IMG/VR virus record: IMGVR_UViG_3300028388_004019 | Coordinates: 119,756-183,755 of that record | Strand: one strand, 5' to 3' | DNA length: 64,000 nucleotides | From: a virus | Shown: positions 10,678-20,792 of the stretch, piece after piece | How positions within the stretch are numbered: the first letter of the stretch is position 1 | How the letters are laid out: every line of letters begins with the position of its first letter | Translations under genes and position numbers: made by a program | The notes under the pieces: generated by a model | The model's database searches: none | What the model saw: only the letters and a program-made list of their open reading frames with translations | What the model was told of the DNA's origin: nothing

Positions 10678-11166
10678 TTAGTAAACTAATACACATCTAT
10701 CTGGACGAAGAGTTGCCGTGATAGTTGCAATACCATCATCAGAATAACCCAACGAATCAAAGTTTACATCCGTTAAGAATGTACCTTGTAAAATCCACTT
10801 TTCAACTGCCACACCTGTTGGGTCTAACATTTCCAAGTTGATGTTTTTCTTATAACCTGCAGCGTATCCCATACGACCCGTTACAGATTCTGCGTGTAAA
10901 CGAACCCACTCCATCAACGCTTGAGAAGCAGAAGGACCGATTGGGTCACGGAATGTTACGTTAATTGTGTTCCAAGTAAATCTACCTGCAACGTAAGTTG
11001 AAGTGTTCAAGAATGGTACTTCAACTGAATTGATTGAAACTTGAGGACGTGAAGTTGACTCCACATACCAAGAGTTGATACCCAATGATGAATCAAAAGT
11101 TAAGATGAACCTATTCTTTCTTTTTGGTTCATAAGGTATCGGCATTTTCATTAATAAATCAGCCAT
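10678..11166 (-). CDS. gp19: Tail tube protein (T4 gp19-like)
   Basis: YEPKRKNRF...GRFTWNTINVTFRDPI...WILQGTFLT...L(R)PDRC; lies downstream of the sheath gene. Confidence 0.9.
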   Translation of the reverse strand: MADLLMKMPIPYEPKRKNRFILTFDSSLGINSWYVESTSRPQVSINSVEVPFLNTSTYVAGRFTWNTINVTFRDPIGPSASQALMEWVRLHAESVTGRMGYAAGYKKNINLEMLDPTGVAVEKWILQGTFLTDVNFDSLGYSDDGIATITATLRPDRCVLVY

Positions 11167-11282
11167 TGTATTTTCGTTTTTATATTTTTTTGTTTATTAC
11201 TTATAAATAGTTGGACAAGTGAAAATTTTTCTATTTACTTTGTTTTGAAAAATTAGATTATATAGAAGCTAACTAGAAATTA

Positions 11283-12134
11283 TTATACTTCTTTTTTCTC
11301 TCCTCCTTTAGTTAAATAAGTTTTTACTGGTTTATCATCCTTATATTCTTTATCTAAAAAATTCTTAATGCTTTCAATATTACCTGGGTCATCATCAGAA
11401 AAACCAATCATAGGAACGAAATTGTTTTTAATGTCGTTCTTAAAGAATGCTCTTTGATTTAATTTACCAGCCATATCCTTCACATAAGAGATAAAGTTTT
11501 TAAGGGCTTTAATTTTTCCTTCTTCAGGGTTCGCAGCACTACCTTCACCATAAGTTACAGGGTGGAACTTTAATAAGTCCAAATACGATTCAACAATATC
11601 ATCATCAGTCATTTCGTCCTCACCAGAAATGTCTCTAAACTTCTTGAGGTTTGAGATTAACTCATCTTTACTTATACCCTTGTGATTGGTCATAATCATA
11701 TTGTACACCGCATCTTTTAATACTGAAGGTGTATGTCCACGAGCAGTAATAATTGAGAATATTGAACCTCCATTGATTGCTTCAACAAAATCATCCCATG
11801 AAGGACCCGTCTCAGCAACCATTGCATCAACAATAAATTGTGAGTCACCTTCAGTTGTGAAGTTTCTATAAGGGTTTTCAGCATAACCAACAATAGTTTC
11901 ACCTTTATAATCAAAAGGTTCTTTACCTAACACCCCACGATATTCTGCAAAGTCCTCAGTAGACATACCTACTTCTTTACCGTCCTCTGTTTTAACGATA
12001 ATTTGAGTTGGCATCATCATAATGTTGTCATCCCAATCAAAAGCATAATACTTCATATTAGGATTACCAGCTTCATCAAAACCTTCTTTGAGTTCTTTTT
12101 CCTCGATATATTCTCTTAATATTGTACGAATCAT
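11283..12134 (-). CDS. HAD-superfamily phosphatase-like protein
   Basis: Motif I AFDWDD, motif II IITARG, motif III K and motif IV GFSDDD are all present. Confidence 0.65.
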   Translation of the reverse strand: MIRTILREYIEEKELKEGFDEAGNPNMKYYAFDWDDNIMMMPTQIIVKTEDGKEVGMSTEDFAEYRGVLGKEPFDYKGETIVGYAENPYRNFTTEGDSQFIVDAMVAETGPSWDDFVEAINGGSIFSIITARGHTPSVLKDAVYNMIMTNHKGISKDELISNLKKFRDISGEDEMTDDDIVESYLDLLKFHPVTYGEGSAANPEEGKIKALKNFISYVKDMAGKLNQRAFFKNDIKNNFVPMIGFSDDDPGNIESIKNFLDKEYKDDKPVKTYLTKGGEKKEV

Positions 12135-12277
12135 TACTTTGTTTCGTTTAACTTCTCAATTAATCTTTCTAATTGTTCTTCTGAAATTACAATGTTTTGT
12201 GATTTTTCAGAAAATGTTTTAACACCGTTACTTTCTACACTAAGGTGTTCCATTAAGTTTGATTTTTTAAATTCCAT
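12134..12277 (-). CDS. Small 47-aa protein with ISEEQL motif
   Basis: Hand translation MEFKKSNLMEHLSVESNGVKTFSEKSQNIVISEEQLERLIEKLNETK; TAATG overlap with the next gene. Confidence 0.7.
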   Translation of the reverse strand: MEFKKSNLMEHLSVESNGVKTFSEKSQNIVISEEQLERLIEKLNETK

Positions 12278-12312
12278 GTTCTTATTTTAATTAAATGTTT
12301 AATAAGGCTAAT

Positions 12313-12335
12313 GGGGGTCACCATCGGTAACCCCC
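12313..12335 (-). terminator. GC-rich hairpin downstream of the sheath gene
   Basis: Minus strand GGGGGUUACC-GAU-GGUGACCCCC with one G-U pair; U-tract is weak. Confidence 0.5.
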
Positions 12336-12354
12336 AATTTATAAATATATCAAA

Positions 12355-15300
12355 TTAGATATCTTCGAAAGATGCTCCCGTTGGAGTAATCAAGAACTCA
12401 ATATCGATGAATTCAAGTGCTCTCGTCGGTTTCAAGTAGATTTTACCTGTCAACTGGTTGTTATCCAAATCTTCAGGTGTGTTTTCTACGACCACACGGA
12501 AGTCGATTAAACCTCTGTCTCTTCTAATAGAGTCTAAGATTGGGTTAACCGCATCTAAGAAGTCTTGTCTTACTTGGTCATCATTCTGTTCGAACAACAA
12601 TCTTACAGCCACAGCTGAAATCAACTTACGAGCTTGTAACAACAATCTTCTTACATTAATTCTGTCAAGTGCAGATTCTCTAACTTGTAGAGTCTTATTA
12701 CCCCAAATTACTGTACCCACATCTGAGAATGTTGCTATTGGGTTCAATCTACCTTGGTATAATGTATCTCTATCTTCTTGAGTTAACTTCTTACGTGCTT
12801 TAACAGCATTTACCAAACCTCTTGTGTAACCCGCAGTTGCGAACCAAGGGAATGCGATGTTATCTGTTAATGCTAAGTTCTTAACAACCTCTGCCGTTGG
12901 TGGAATGTAGATTTGTGTGTTATTAGCACCGTCTCTAACCAAAATCCAAGGATAATAAGTTGCTGTGTAGTTTGAATCAATATCTGACTCTTCCAAATTA
13001 TCTACCGCTTCATCAGGATAAATGAAATCAGATTCAAATGCTGAAGTATTTGGAACAAACATATTATAGTCAGGAGTAGTACATATGTAGATTGAATCAG
13101 CTCTGTCAGTTTCAATCATATCTATAGCTTCCTCGACCAAATTAGAATGATTAGTGTAATCAATACCTGGTGTAGTGAAAATATTAATATTTACTGCTTC
13201 AGGGTTTTCGAATGTTTTTTGACCCAATAGGTAAGCGTAGTAATCACTGTTTGCCCAATTATTAGAATCTTCACCTACAGTGATTTGTTTGAATTGACCC
13301 CATCCTGTTGCCGTAGGGAATGATACTGAAGGTGCTGCACCTTTCAAGTATGCAGTTCCACCTAAACGGAATGTGTCTTGATTCGAACGGAACTCTCTGT
13401 AGATATCCCAACCATCAAAACCACCTTTAGGAAGTAATGTAAACTTACGAGAGTTCAATCTATAATAAGGGTTAGACTGTGAAGTTGGTTCACTTCTGAA
13501 TTCAGCCGCACCTACATCAAACGCAGTTTCACCTGATGTCACGTACTCACCAGCAATCTTCACGACTGTTGCACCTGAGTCCATGTGGAAACCTTTTGTC
13601 AAGTAAGCCCAAGAGTTACCTTCGATAGCTGTACCGATGTTTGAAGGATTTTGTTTACCTTTATACATCAAGAAGTCAGAATCGATACCAATGGTATTTG
13701 AAACACCTAAATAAGTTTTTCTTACTTTATCACCAGCACTTCTTGTTGAGTTATCACCTCCCGAAGTTGTACCAAATGGTGGGTTATAAACTACCTCACC
13801 TGGTGTGTTGTATTTTGTTTTATATACTAAGAATGGACTCTTTACTCCTGAATATTCTCTAAAGTCGTAACCCTCGAAACCACAAGGAAGTGCATCGATT
13901 GGTGCATCTTCACTCATTTCAATCATAATATACTTAGACTTTAACTCAAATTCACCATTAGAAGTACCTACTTTTTTAGCTACATAACCATTTTCATTTG
14001 GGTTCAAAGTACAATTAGTGAACTTCTCAATTACTACAGGATTAGCATCTGTATCGAAGAAGTCACGTACTAAAATATCGAACGTTAAGTTATTGAATGA
14101 AATGTTAGCAATAGATACTTTAACTTCATTGTTAGCAACGTTACCATCTGAAATTGAAATAAATCTAAATAGTCTGTCAACTTGATTACCTCTCAACTCT
14201 GAAACTATAAACGGAGTTGATGGTGTTTGATATTGTTCTAAATACCAACCAATAGATGTATTAGTACCATTATCTTCTCTCGCTGAAGGTAAAGCAGTTA
14301 AGTCACAGTTCAAACCACGTATTTTACCTAACTTGTATCCTTCTGTTAATAATGAGTAATATACTTCCTCTGCAAATAGTGGGAATTCACTTCTATTCTT
14401 ACCGAAGTTTGTACCACCAAATACTTTATTAATATAGTTAGTATCTGTTAATGTGAATGATGTTTTGAATGTAAATGAATCACCCGCATTTGTAATACCT
14501 GAAATACCGAACGATGAGTAAGGATTTTTCTGTACTGACGCATATTCACCTGAACAATCCATAACTACTTGTGATGTACCACTTGCCATATAAACAGGAC
14601 CACCATCACTATTACTGTTAATACCTCTCGAACGTAGTGTTGCAACAACAACATCATTGTATTCAGTAAACGCAGTAGCGTTATATGAAAGTACTGTACC
14701 ACTGATTGTACCTGAGAAGTTACCACCACCCAAATCAGTAAAGTCATTATTCATTACTGCATTAAATGAAATACCTGAGTATTCATTACCCGAACCTGGT
14801 TCGAAACATGCGTAATACCAAGGGTCCATCAATGAGTCATCATAATCAGCAACAGAGTTGTATAAACCGTCAACACCTAAGTTGTTAGTTACAACAGTAT
14901 AACCGTTACCTGTATATGTTGAATAAACTGAGTCTGTCAACACACCCCATTGTGAAGAGGATGTACCTGATAATGAATTATCAAGGATAATATTGTGAAT
15001 GAATGATTGTAGTTGACCCGACATCGTTGTTGAGTCACCATTATATAATGTAATCGAGTCGTTGATGTAGTCACTTACAGGGTCAGAGAATGCACCCGTA
15101 AATTCTACCGTTGCTGAAGAACCTGTAGAACCAGTAAAAGTAACTGACCATGTTGATTCAGTTGGAGTATCCAATGTGTCAGGGTTTAAGTTTGCTTGTG
15201 TAGTGATAGACCAAGATGGACCAGCATCATAACCTGATAAACCTAATACTCTTGTTACAAATAATTGATTAGATTGTTGTAAGTACGCCTTAGCAATATA

Positions 15301-15534
15301 AGCTGCCTCATATTTTGGAATCTGCGTATTCACAAATTTAGTTGGATTTGTACCTCCGAAGTACGCTTGAAATTCGTCATATGAACTCACAAAAATAGGT
15401 TCGAAAGCGGGACCTGATAAAGTCTCACCAACAATACCCATAGTGGTTACACCCACACTCTGTGCCACGAAACTCAAGTCTCTTTCTGATGTATAAACAC
15501 CTGGAGAAACAAAAACTTTGTTTGAACTTGCCAT
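12355..15534 (-). CDS. gp18: Tail sheath protein (T4 gp18-like), 1059 aa
   Basis: N-terminal VSPGVYTSERDLS; C-terminal NPIATFSDVGTVIWGNKTL...RINVRRLL...KPTRALEFIDIEF. Confidence 0.95.
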   Translation of the reverse strand: MASSNKVFVSPGVYTSERDLSFVAQSVGVTTMGIVGETLSGPAFEPIFVSSYDEFQAYFGGTNPTKFVNTQIPKYEAAYIAKAYLQQSNQLFVTRVLGLSGYDAGPSWSITTQANLNPDTLDTPTESTWSVTFTGSTGSSATVEFTGAFSDPVSDYINDSITLYNGDSTTMSGQLQSFIHNIILDNSLSGTSSSQWGVLTDSVYSTYTGNGYTVVTNNLGVDGLYNSVADYDDSLMDPWYYACFEPGSGNEYSGISFNAVMNNDFTDLGGGNFSGTISGTVLSYNATAFTEYNDVVVATLRSRGINSNSDGGPVYMASGTSQVVMDCSGEYASVQKNPYSSFGISGITNAGDSFTFKTSFTLTDTNYINKVFGGTNFGKNRSEFPLFAEEVYYSLLTEGYKLGKIRGLNCDLTALPSAREDNGTNTSIGWYLEQYQTPSTPFIVSELRGNQVDRLFRFISISDGNVANNEVKVSIANISFNNLTFDILVRDFFDTDANPVVIEKFTNCTLNPNENGYVAKKVGTSNGEFELKSKYIMIEMSEDAPIDALPCGFEGYDFREYSGVKSPFLVYKTKYNTPGEVVYNPPFGTTSGGDNSTRSAGDKVRKTYLGVSNTIGIDSDFLMYKGKQNPSNIGTAIEGNSWAYLTKGFHMDSGATVVKIAGEYVTSGETAFDVGAAEFRSEPTSQSNPYYRLNSRKFTLLPKGGFDGWDIYREFRSNQDTFRLGGTAYLKGAAPSVSFPTATGWGQFKQITVGEDSNNWANSDYYAYLLGQKTFENPEAVNINIFTTPGIDYTNHSNLVEEAIDMIETDRADSIYICTTPDYNMFVPNTSAFESDFIYPDEAVDNLEESDIDSNYTATYYPWILVRDGANNTQIYIPPTAEVVKNLALTDNIAFPWFATAGYTRGLVNAVKARKKLTQEDRDTLYQGRLNPIATFSDVGTVIWGNKTLQVRESALDRINVRRLLLQARKLISAVAVRLLFEQNDDQVRQDFLDAVNPILDSIRRDRGLIDFRVVVENTPEDLDNNQLTGKIYLKPTRALEFIDIEFLITPTGASFEDI

Positions 15535-15659
15535 GTTTTTTTAATATCTTTAGAATTTATTTTATTATAAATATTTGAGAAAATATCAAAAAACATTTAC
15601 ACCAGCACTATATTTATGGGTTAGGGAGATTTTTTTCTGCCTTTTTTCACACTAATATT

Positions 15660-15809
15660 ATGAAAGATATAAAGAACATTAAGATATCCACAGAGGTCCA
15701 TTCAACACTTAAAGAGTATTGTGATGAGAACGGTTTGAAGATGTATAAGTTTTTAGAAAAGATGATTATGGAAAAATGTTCCCGTCCAAAAGATATCTAC
15801 GGTGAGTAA
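15660..15809 (+). CDS. Small ribbon-helix-helix-like DNA-binding protein, 49 aa
   Basis: Hand translation MKDIKNIKISTEVHSTLKEYCDENGLKMYKFLEKMIMEKCSRPKDIYGE shows a strand-helix-G-helix pattern. Confidence 0.6.
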   Translation: MKDIKNIKISTEVHSTLKEYCDENGLKMYKFLEKMIMEKCSRPKDIYGE

Positions 15810-16847
15810 TTAAACCAATTTAGCGGTAGTGAATATTTTTGATTCACCATTACTATCTTTGGTAACAACAAACCTTACTAAATCATTAGTATTAATTTGA
15901 ATTTTACTAATATTTTCACCCACATAATCACCGTTTATATAAACTTCGAAACTTTTTACGTTATAAGTTTCAGTAAGTATCAAATCGGCCGTATATGAAA
16001 ATCTTTCACTTAGTTCGGTATTACCACTAACAAATAATAAATCTACAGGAAACTCGTTTGGATTTTCAGGTTTAGGTTCTACTTTACGGTCTTTATTCAA
16101 CAAAGGAATTTCATACATCGTTAATGTTCGTGAAATACCAGGACTCACTTCAAACTCTTCTTCATCCATTAAGAAACCTAACATCGTGAATTCATAGTTT
16201 TGGATGTAATATTTTCTTCTATCGATATCTAAAACAGACTCATCAGAAATGTTGTTTAATATAATAGGAATGTAATGACCTTTGATATTTGTATACGCTT
16301 GTCGAGAAGCGAAGTTTTGTAATACGTTTTTGTTGAATTCATTCAACGACCTCATTCTGTTCACAAACAGTTTAACATTATAAGTAATATCAACAGGAAT
16401 AGGTTGAGGTATTTTATAGACATCGACACCTTTTCTTTGTCCGTCCCAAGTTGGTACTTTAGCATAATAAAATTGTTTTCTATTTGGAATAGTATATTGT
16501 AATGATGGGTTGGTACCATAAGGAACTTCAGGTTGTCTTACCGTGGATATAAAAGGTGGTTTCACATTCTTATCCAAATCTTGGAAGTTCCATGTTTCAG
16601 TGAACTGAGACCAATTCTGTGTGGTGATAATAATATCAACAGTAGGTATAACCTTACCATCCATAAATGTTTTTAAGTCATTCTTAACAAAGTCCAACAT
16701 ACCACGGTCCAAATCTGCGTGACCGATACCTTTCGGCAAATAAGTTCCGTCCTTTTGAATATCTTCCAAAAGTTGTTCCCTTCTTGCAAGTCCCGTTTTA
16801 TTAGGGATTAGGTCAAGTGTCTTTTTTATTTTCTTTGGTAACGCCAT
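15810..16847 (-). CDS. Tail completion / sheath stabiliser (gp15-like)
   Basis: PIPVDITYNVKLF...NKNVLQNF pattern; position between neck and sheath genes. Confidence 0.55.
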   Translation of the reverse strand: MALPKKIKKTLDLIPNKTGLARREQLLEDIQKDGTYLPKGIGHADLDRGMLDFVKNDLKTFMDGKVIPTVDIIITTQNWSQFTETWNFQDLDKNVKPPFISTVRQPEVPYGTNPSLQYTIPNRKQFYYAKVPTWDGQRKGVDVYKIPQPIPVDITYNVKLFVNRMRSLNEFNKNVLQNFASRQAYTNIKGHYIPIILNNISDESVLDIDRRKYYIQNYEFTMLGFLMDEEEFEVSPGISRTLTMYEIPLLNKDRKVEPKPENPNEFPVDLLFVSGNTELSERFSYTADLILTETYNVKSFEVYINGDYVGENISKIQINTNDLVRFVVTKDSNGESKIFTTAKLV

Positions 16848-17362
16848 TAGATTCCGTTGAATTCATCATTTGATACCGGCGATGCAGTGATACTGCGGTA
16901 ATATGGTTTATAACCACCATAAGTGTGCCTGTTATCCGAGGTGATACGACCGTCATCAACGACGGAATAATATCTAACTCTATCTTCTTTTTCATAATAA
17001 CCAATGTAGTCTCCGAACTCAATCTCGACACCCATCTCATCTAAGTAAGATTGATAGATACCTACTTTGAGATTACCTGGTTCTACCTGTCCAATTCTTG
17101 AGTTCCCCATAAACGCATTTGTTGGTGCTTCAATCTGAACATAACCTTTAAGTTCCACAGGTGCCTGGTACTGAATACCTTCAGACACAACCTCACCATA
17201 GACATCGTCTTTTTTTGTCCTTTGTTTATCAACACGATACAACACAAACGTAAAGTTCATATCCCCGTGCAACCATTCTTGGCCGAGGGATATGTCTAAA
17301 TCAAAATCTTCTTCTGCGAAGAATTTGTTTAATCTCGTTATTGGAACTTTTCTTTGACTCAT
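16847..17362 (-). CDS. Head closure / neck protein (gp14-like)
   Basis: LYRVD...DDVYGE...GDYIGY pattern; position next to the gp15-like gene. Confidence 0.55.
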   Translation of the reverse strand: MSQRKVPITRLNKFFAEEDFDLDISLGQEWLHGDMNFTFVLYRVDKQRTKKDDVYGEVVSEGIQYQAPVELKGYVQIEAPTNAFMGNSRIGQVEPGNLKVGIYQSYLDEMGVEIEFGDYIGYYEKEDRVRYYSVVDDGRITSDNRHTYGGYKPYYRSITASPVSNDEFNGI

Positions 17363-17365
17363 CAA

Positions 17366-17394
17366 TTGATAAATATTAAGAAAATGATTATTAT
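17366..17394 (+). promoter_or_regulatory. Sigma70-type promoter for the helicase, overlapping a minus-strand TATTTATC motif
   Basis: TTGATA-N17-TATTAT; GATAAATA at 17368-17375. Confidence 0.6.
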
Positions 17395-17411
17395 TAAAGG
17401 TATTTGGCTGT

Positions 17412-19169
17412 ATGGAAGAAAATAAAGTAGTATCAAAAATACCTGAAGTAAGGGCAACTCGTATCTTAGAAGACTACGAAGGGTTCAACAATTACATATT
17501 GGGCCTGAAGAAAAAAATGCAAGTCAAAAAGCATTTTAAGATGACTCGTGCTCAGGCCGACTACATCATTGACTTCCACGACATCACCCCAAAGGTTGCA
17601 AGAAAGTGGGTGGAGTTGGACGAATACTTTGGTAAAAAGATGATGGAAGAAAAACTTCTTACCAAAAGACCAACGCAAATATACGTAGAAAAAATCTTAG
17701 TAGAAAAAGATAAATCATTTCATATCTACGGAAAATTATTCGAAACTGAAGAACTATATGACTTTTGGTTACCCAAAGCCGCAGTTATTCAAAACAAAGA
17801 AAGACAAGTTGAAGTGGATTATTCAAAATACAGTCATAGACCACCACTCGAACATCAGAAACTCGCAATTGAAAAGTTAGTAGGTAACGACAAATATATC
17901 CTTGCTGATGATATGGGATTGGGTAAGACCACATCTACAGTAATTGCAGCTTTAGAAGCAGAAGCTAAAAAGATATTGATTATATGTCCTGCGTCTTTGA
18001 AGATTAACTGGCAACGTGAGATTGCGAATTACACCGATAGAGAGGTTTCCATCATTGAAGGAAAGAAGTGGGAACCTACAGACTTCACCATCATCAACTT
18101 TGATATCTTAAAGAACTTTCATGACCTAAAGAAAGTAAAAGAATCTTTGGTATTGAAGGAAGATTTTGATTTGGTAATTATTGATGAGGCACATTATATT
18201 CAAAACAAACAAGCTCAGAGAACAAAGATAGCTAATGACATCTGTAAGAAGGTTGGAAAGGTTTGGTTATTAACAGGTACTCCAATGACCTCACGACCAA
18301 TCAACTACTTCAATCTATTAGATTTGGTGGATTCACCGATAGCTTACAATTGGATGGCATACGCAATCCGTTATTGTGAAGGTTACCAATTCAATGTAGG
18401 TAACAGAAAGGTATGGAATGTTAATGGAGCATCCAACCTAATAGAATTAAGAGACAGAACAAAAACACACGTCCTAAGAAGGTTAAAAGAGGACATCTTA
18501 GATTTACCTGAAAAGATTCTTACACCAGTTTATCTAAGGCTAAAGTCAAAACAATACGAAGCACTTATGGGTGAATACTTTGATTGGTATGACAACCACA
18601 CCGAGGAGTCGTCCTCATTAACCGTGCAATTCTCAAAACTGATGAAAGTAAGACAAGTCATCGCTGAAGAGAAGGTGAGAGACACCATTGAGATTGCACA
18701 AAATATTATTGAACAGGGAAAGAAAGTTATTATCTTCACCAACTTTACCGATACATTAAACCAAATTAAATCACATTTTGGAAAGTCTGCAGTTGCGTTA
18801 GACGGAAGAATGAGTAAACCCGCAAGACAAAACTCGGTGGATGAATTCCAAAATAATGAAAAGGTAATGGTATTTGTTGGTAACCTCAAAGCCGCAGGTG
18901 TGGGTATCACACTGACCGCAGCTGAAGCCGTTATTATGAATGACCTCTCGTTCGTTCCTTCTGACCACTCACAAGCAGAAGACCGAGCATATAGATACGG
19001 ACAAAAATCAAACGTATCCGTATTTTATCCAATTTTTGAGAATACAATTGAAGGTGTTATTTATGACATCTTATCCAATAAGAAAAATGTATTTGAAACA
19101 GTTATGGGTGATAACGTAGACAGAGGGACGGTTGTAGAAGAAATCTTAAATACAATTTCAAGAAGATAA
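17412..19169 (+). CDS. SNF2-family (SMARCAL1/HARP-like) helicase
   Basis: LADDMGLGKT, DEAH, LTGTP, GVGITLT, QAEDRAYRYGQ. Confidence 0.95.
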   Translation: MEENKVVSKIPEVRATRILEDYEGFNNYILGLKKKMQVKKHFKMTRAQADYIIDFHDITPKVARKWVELDEYFGKKMMEEKLLTKRPTQIYVEKILVEKDKSFHIYGKLFETEELYDFWLPKAAVIQNKERQVEVDYSKYSHRPPLEHQKLAIEKLVGNDKYILADDMGLGKTTSTVIAALEAEAKKILIICPASLKINWQREIANYTDREVSIIEGKKWEPTDFTIINFDILKNFHDLKKVKESLVLKEDFDLVIIDEAHYIQNKQAQRTKIANDICKKVGKVWLLTGTPMTSRPINYFNLLDLVDSPIAYNWMAYAIRYCEGYQFNVGNRKVWNVNGASNLIELRDRTKTHVLRRLKEDILDLPEKILTPVYLRLKSKQYEALMGEYFDWYDNHTEESSSLTVQFSKLMKVRQVIAEEKVRDTIEIAQNIIEQGKKVIIFTNFTDTLNQIKSHFGKSAVALDGRMSKPARQNSVDEFQNNEKVMVFVGNLKAAGVGITLTAAEAVIMNDLSFVPSDHSQAEDRAYRYGQKSNVSVFYPIFENTIEGVIYDILSNKKNVFETVMGDNVDRGTVVEEILNTISRR

Positions 19170-19213
19170 GAATATTTTCCCATACGATATTATTTATAAG
19201 AAAATGAAAACGT

Positions 19214-20755
19214 ATGGAATTCAAAAAAAGCCAAGAAAGAATCCATGAGATAGAACAACAAATCTCGGGTTCAGAAAAAAAAGAAATAATTCAAGAACAA
19301 CAAAAGAAAATGAAAAGAATAACGGCAATTAAGTTACCGTATTCTTATTCTTCATTAGGCCAATTCATTGACAAAGAGACAATGAATGTTCACTACAATC
19401 AACACTACAAAGGGTATATTAAGAAACTCAACAACGCTCTCAAGTCAGTTAAGGACAAAGACTTAGATTTAGAACTTCTTATCAAAGGTATATCTCGTTA
19501 TAACAGGACTATCAGAAATAATGCTGGTGGTGCCTACAATCACGAACTATTTTGGCAAATGTTATCACCAAAAAAACAAGAACCAACAGGTCCTGTTTTA
19601 GATAAGATTAAGAAGAAGTTTAAGACTTACGCTAACTTCAAAAAAGAATTTAAGAATAAAGCAAAACAACAATTCGGCTCAGGATGGGTATGGTTGGTAT
19701 TAACAAAAGGTGGTGATGTAAAAGTGATGACCACCTCAAATCAAGATAACCCAATGATGAACACAATGAAAAACGGTGGTATTCCATTGTTAGGGTTGGA
19801 TTTGTGGGAACACGCATATTACTTAAAATACAAAAATAGAAGAGACCAATACGTAGACAACTTCTTTGAGGTAATCAACTGGTCATTCGTCAACAAACAA
19901 TTTGACGAATTCCAAAAGGGTAAATTGAACGAATCAAGAGTGGTTAAGTCTTTGATTACTGAGGGTACTTCAAGAGGATGTTCACCAAAACAGGTAAACT
20001 CTTATAGAATGATTTTCAATAGAAACCCTCAGGTCAAGAAGAAGTTTATGTACGCCATCATGGATATATTGAAAGAAGTTTATTCTGAATTCCACTACGG
20101 TAAAAATGAATATGCACCAGGTCAGATGTCAGGTATCTATGACTTTGAACAACCAGGTCGTTCAGTAATCAACAAACTTAATACCAACTACTCAGCATTC
20201 TGTATTTTAGTTAATGACTTGAATGCAGTATTGAAACACTATGGTCAGGACCCTCTAAACCTTATAGGTTCCGACAACAAAAAACAATTACAAGAGGTCC
20301 AAAGAATGATTAACCTAATGATTCAATTTAGACATCGTATATTCAATCAAGAATCGGCAACCTTCCAAACAATTATGGCATCATTAGATAGGTCAAATAA
20401 GTTTGGCGATGAAAGAGAATTGAAGGCAGTTGTTAACATGAAAGATATTTTCAATACTAAGAAGGTATTCAAAGTTGGTGAACTCGGAGGTAAAGACGAC
20501 ATGATTGGTGGTATTGACGCTACAGTTGAAATTGATGGTGAAAACAAAACAATTCAAATTAAACCTTTTAATGGTTATGAAGAAGAAGATGGTAGAATGG
20601 TTGTGTTCGGTACAGGTAACGTAAAACCTTACAAAACAGACTACATAGCTTTCCATAACGACTCCAAAGGTACAATTGTATTTGCTAACGATAATACTGA
20701 AATCAAAAACGGTAGATTTACATTCCCTGTGGATAGTTGGGTGAATCCTAAATAA
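19214..20755 (+). CDS. sodA: Mn-type superoxide dismutase fused to a C-terminal putative PD-(D/E)xK-like domain
   Basis: HYNQHY, GGAYNH, GSGWVWL, NQDNP and DLWEHAYY ligand motifs; C-terminal GIDATV...TIQIKP. Confidence 0.85.
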   Translation: MEFKKSQERIHEIEQQISGSEKKEIIQEQQKKMKRITAIKLPYSYSSLGQFIDKETMNVHYNQHYKGYIKKLNNALKSVKDKDLDLELLIKGISRYNRTIRNNAGGAYNHELFWQMLSPKKQEPTGPVLDKIKKKFKTYANFKKEFKNKAKQQFGSGWVWLVLTKGGDVKVMTTSNQDNPMMNTMKNGGIPLLGLDLWEHAYYLKYKNRRDQYVDNFFEVINWSFVNKQFDEFQKGKLNESRVVKSLITEGTSRGCSPKQVNSYRMIFNRNPQVKKKFMYAIMDILKEVYSEFHYGKNEYAPGQMSGIYDFEQPGRSVINKLNTNYSAFCILVNDLNAVLKHYGQDPLNLIGSDNKKQLQEVQRMINLMIQFRHRIFNQESATFQTIMASLDRSNKFGDERELKAVVNMKDIFNTKKVFKVGELGGKDDMIGGIDATVEIDGENKTIQIKPFNGYEEEDGRMVVFGTGNVKPYKTDYIAFHNDSKGTIVFANDNTEIKNGRFTFPVDSWVNPK

Positions 20756-20792
20756 ATCACATTTACTGGATATTTATATATAAAAGTCCACG

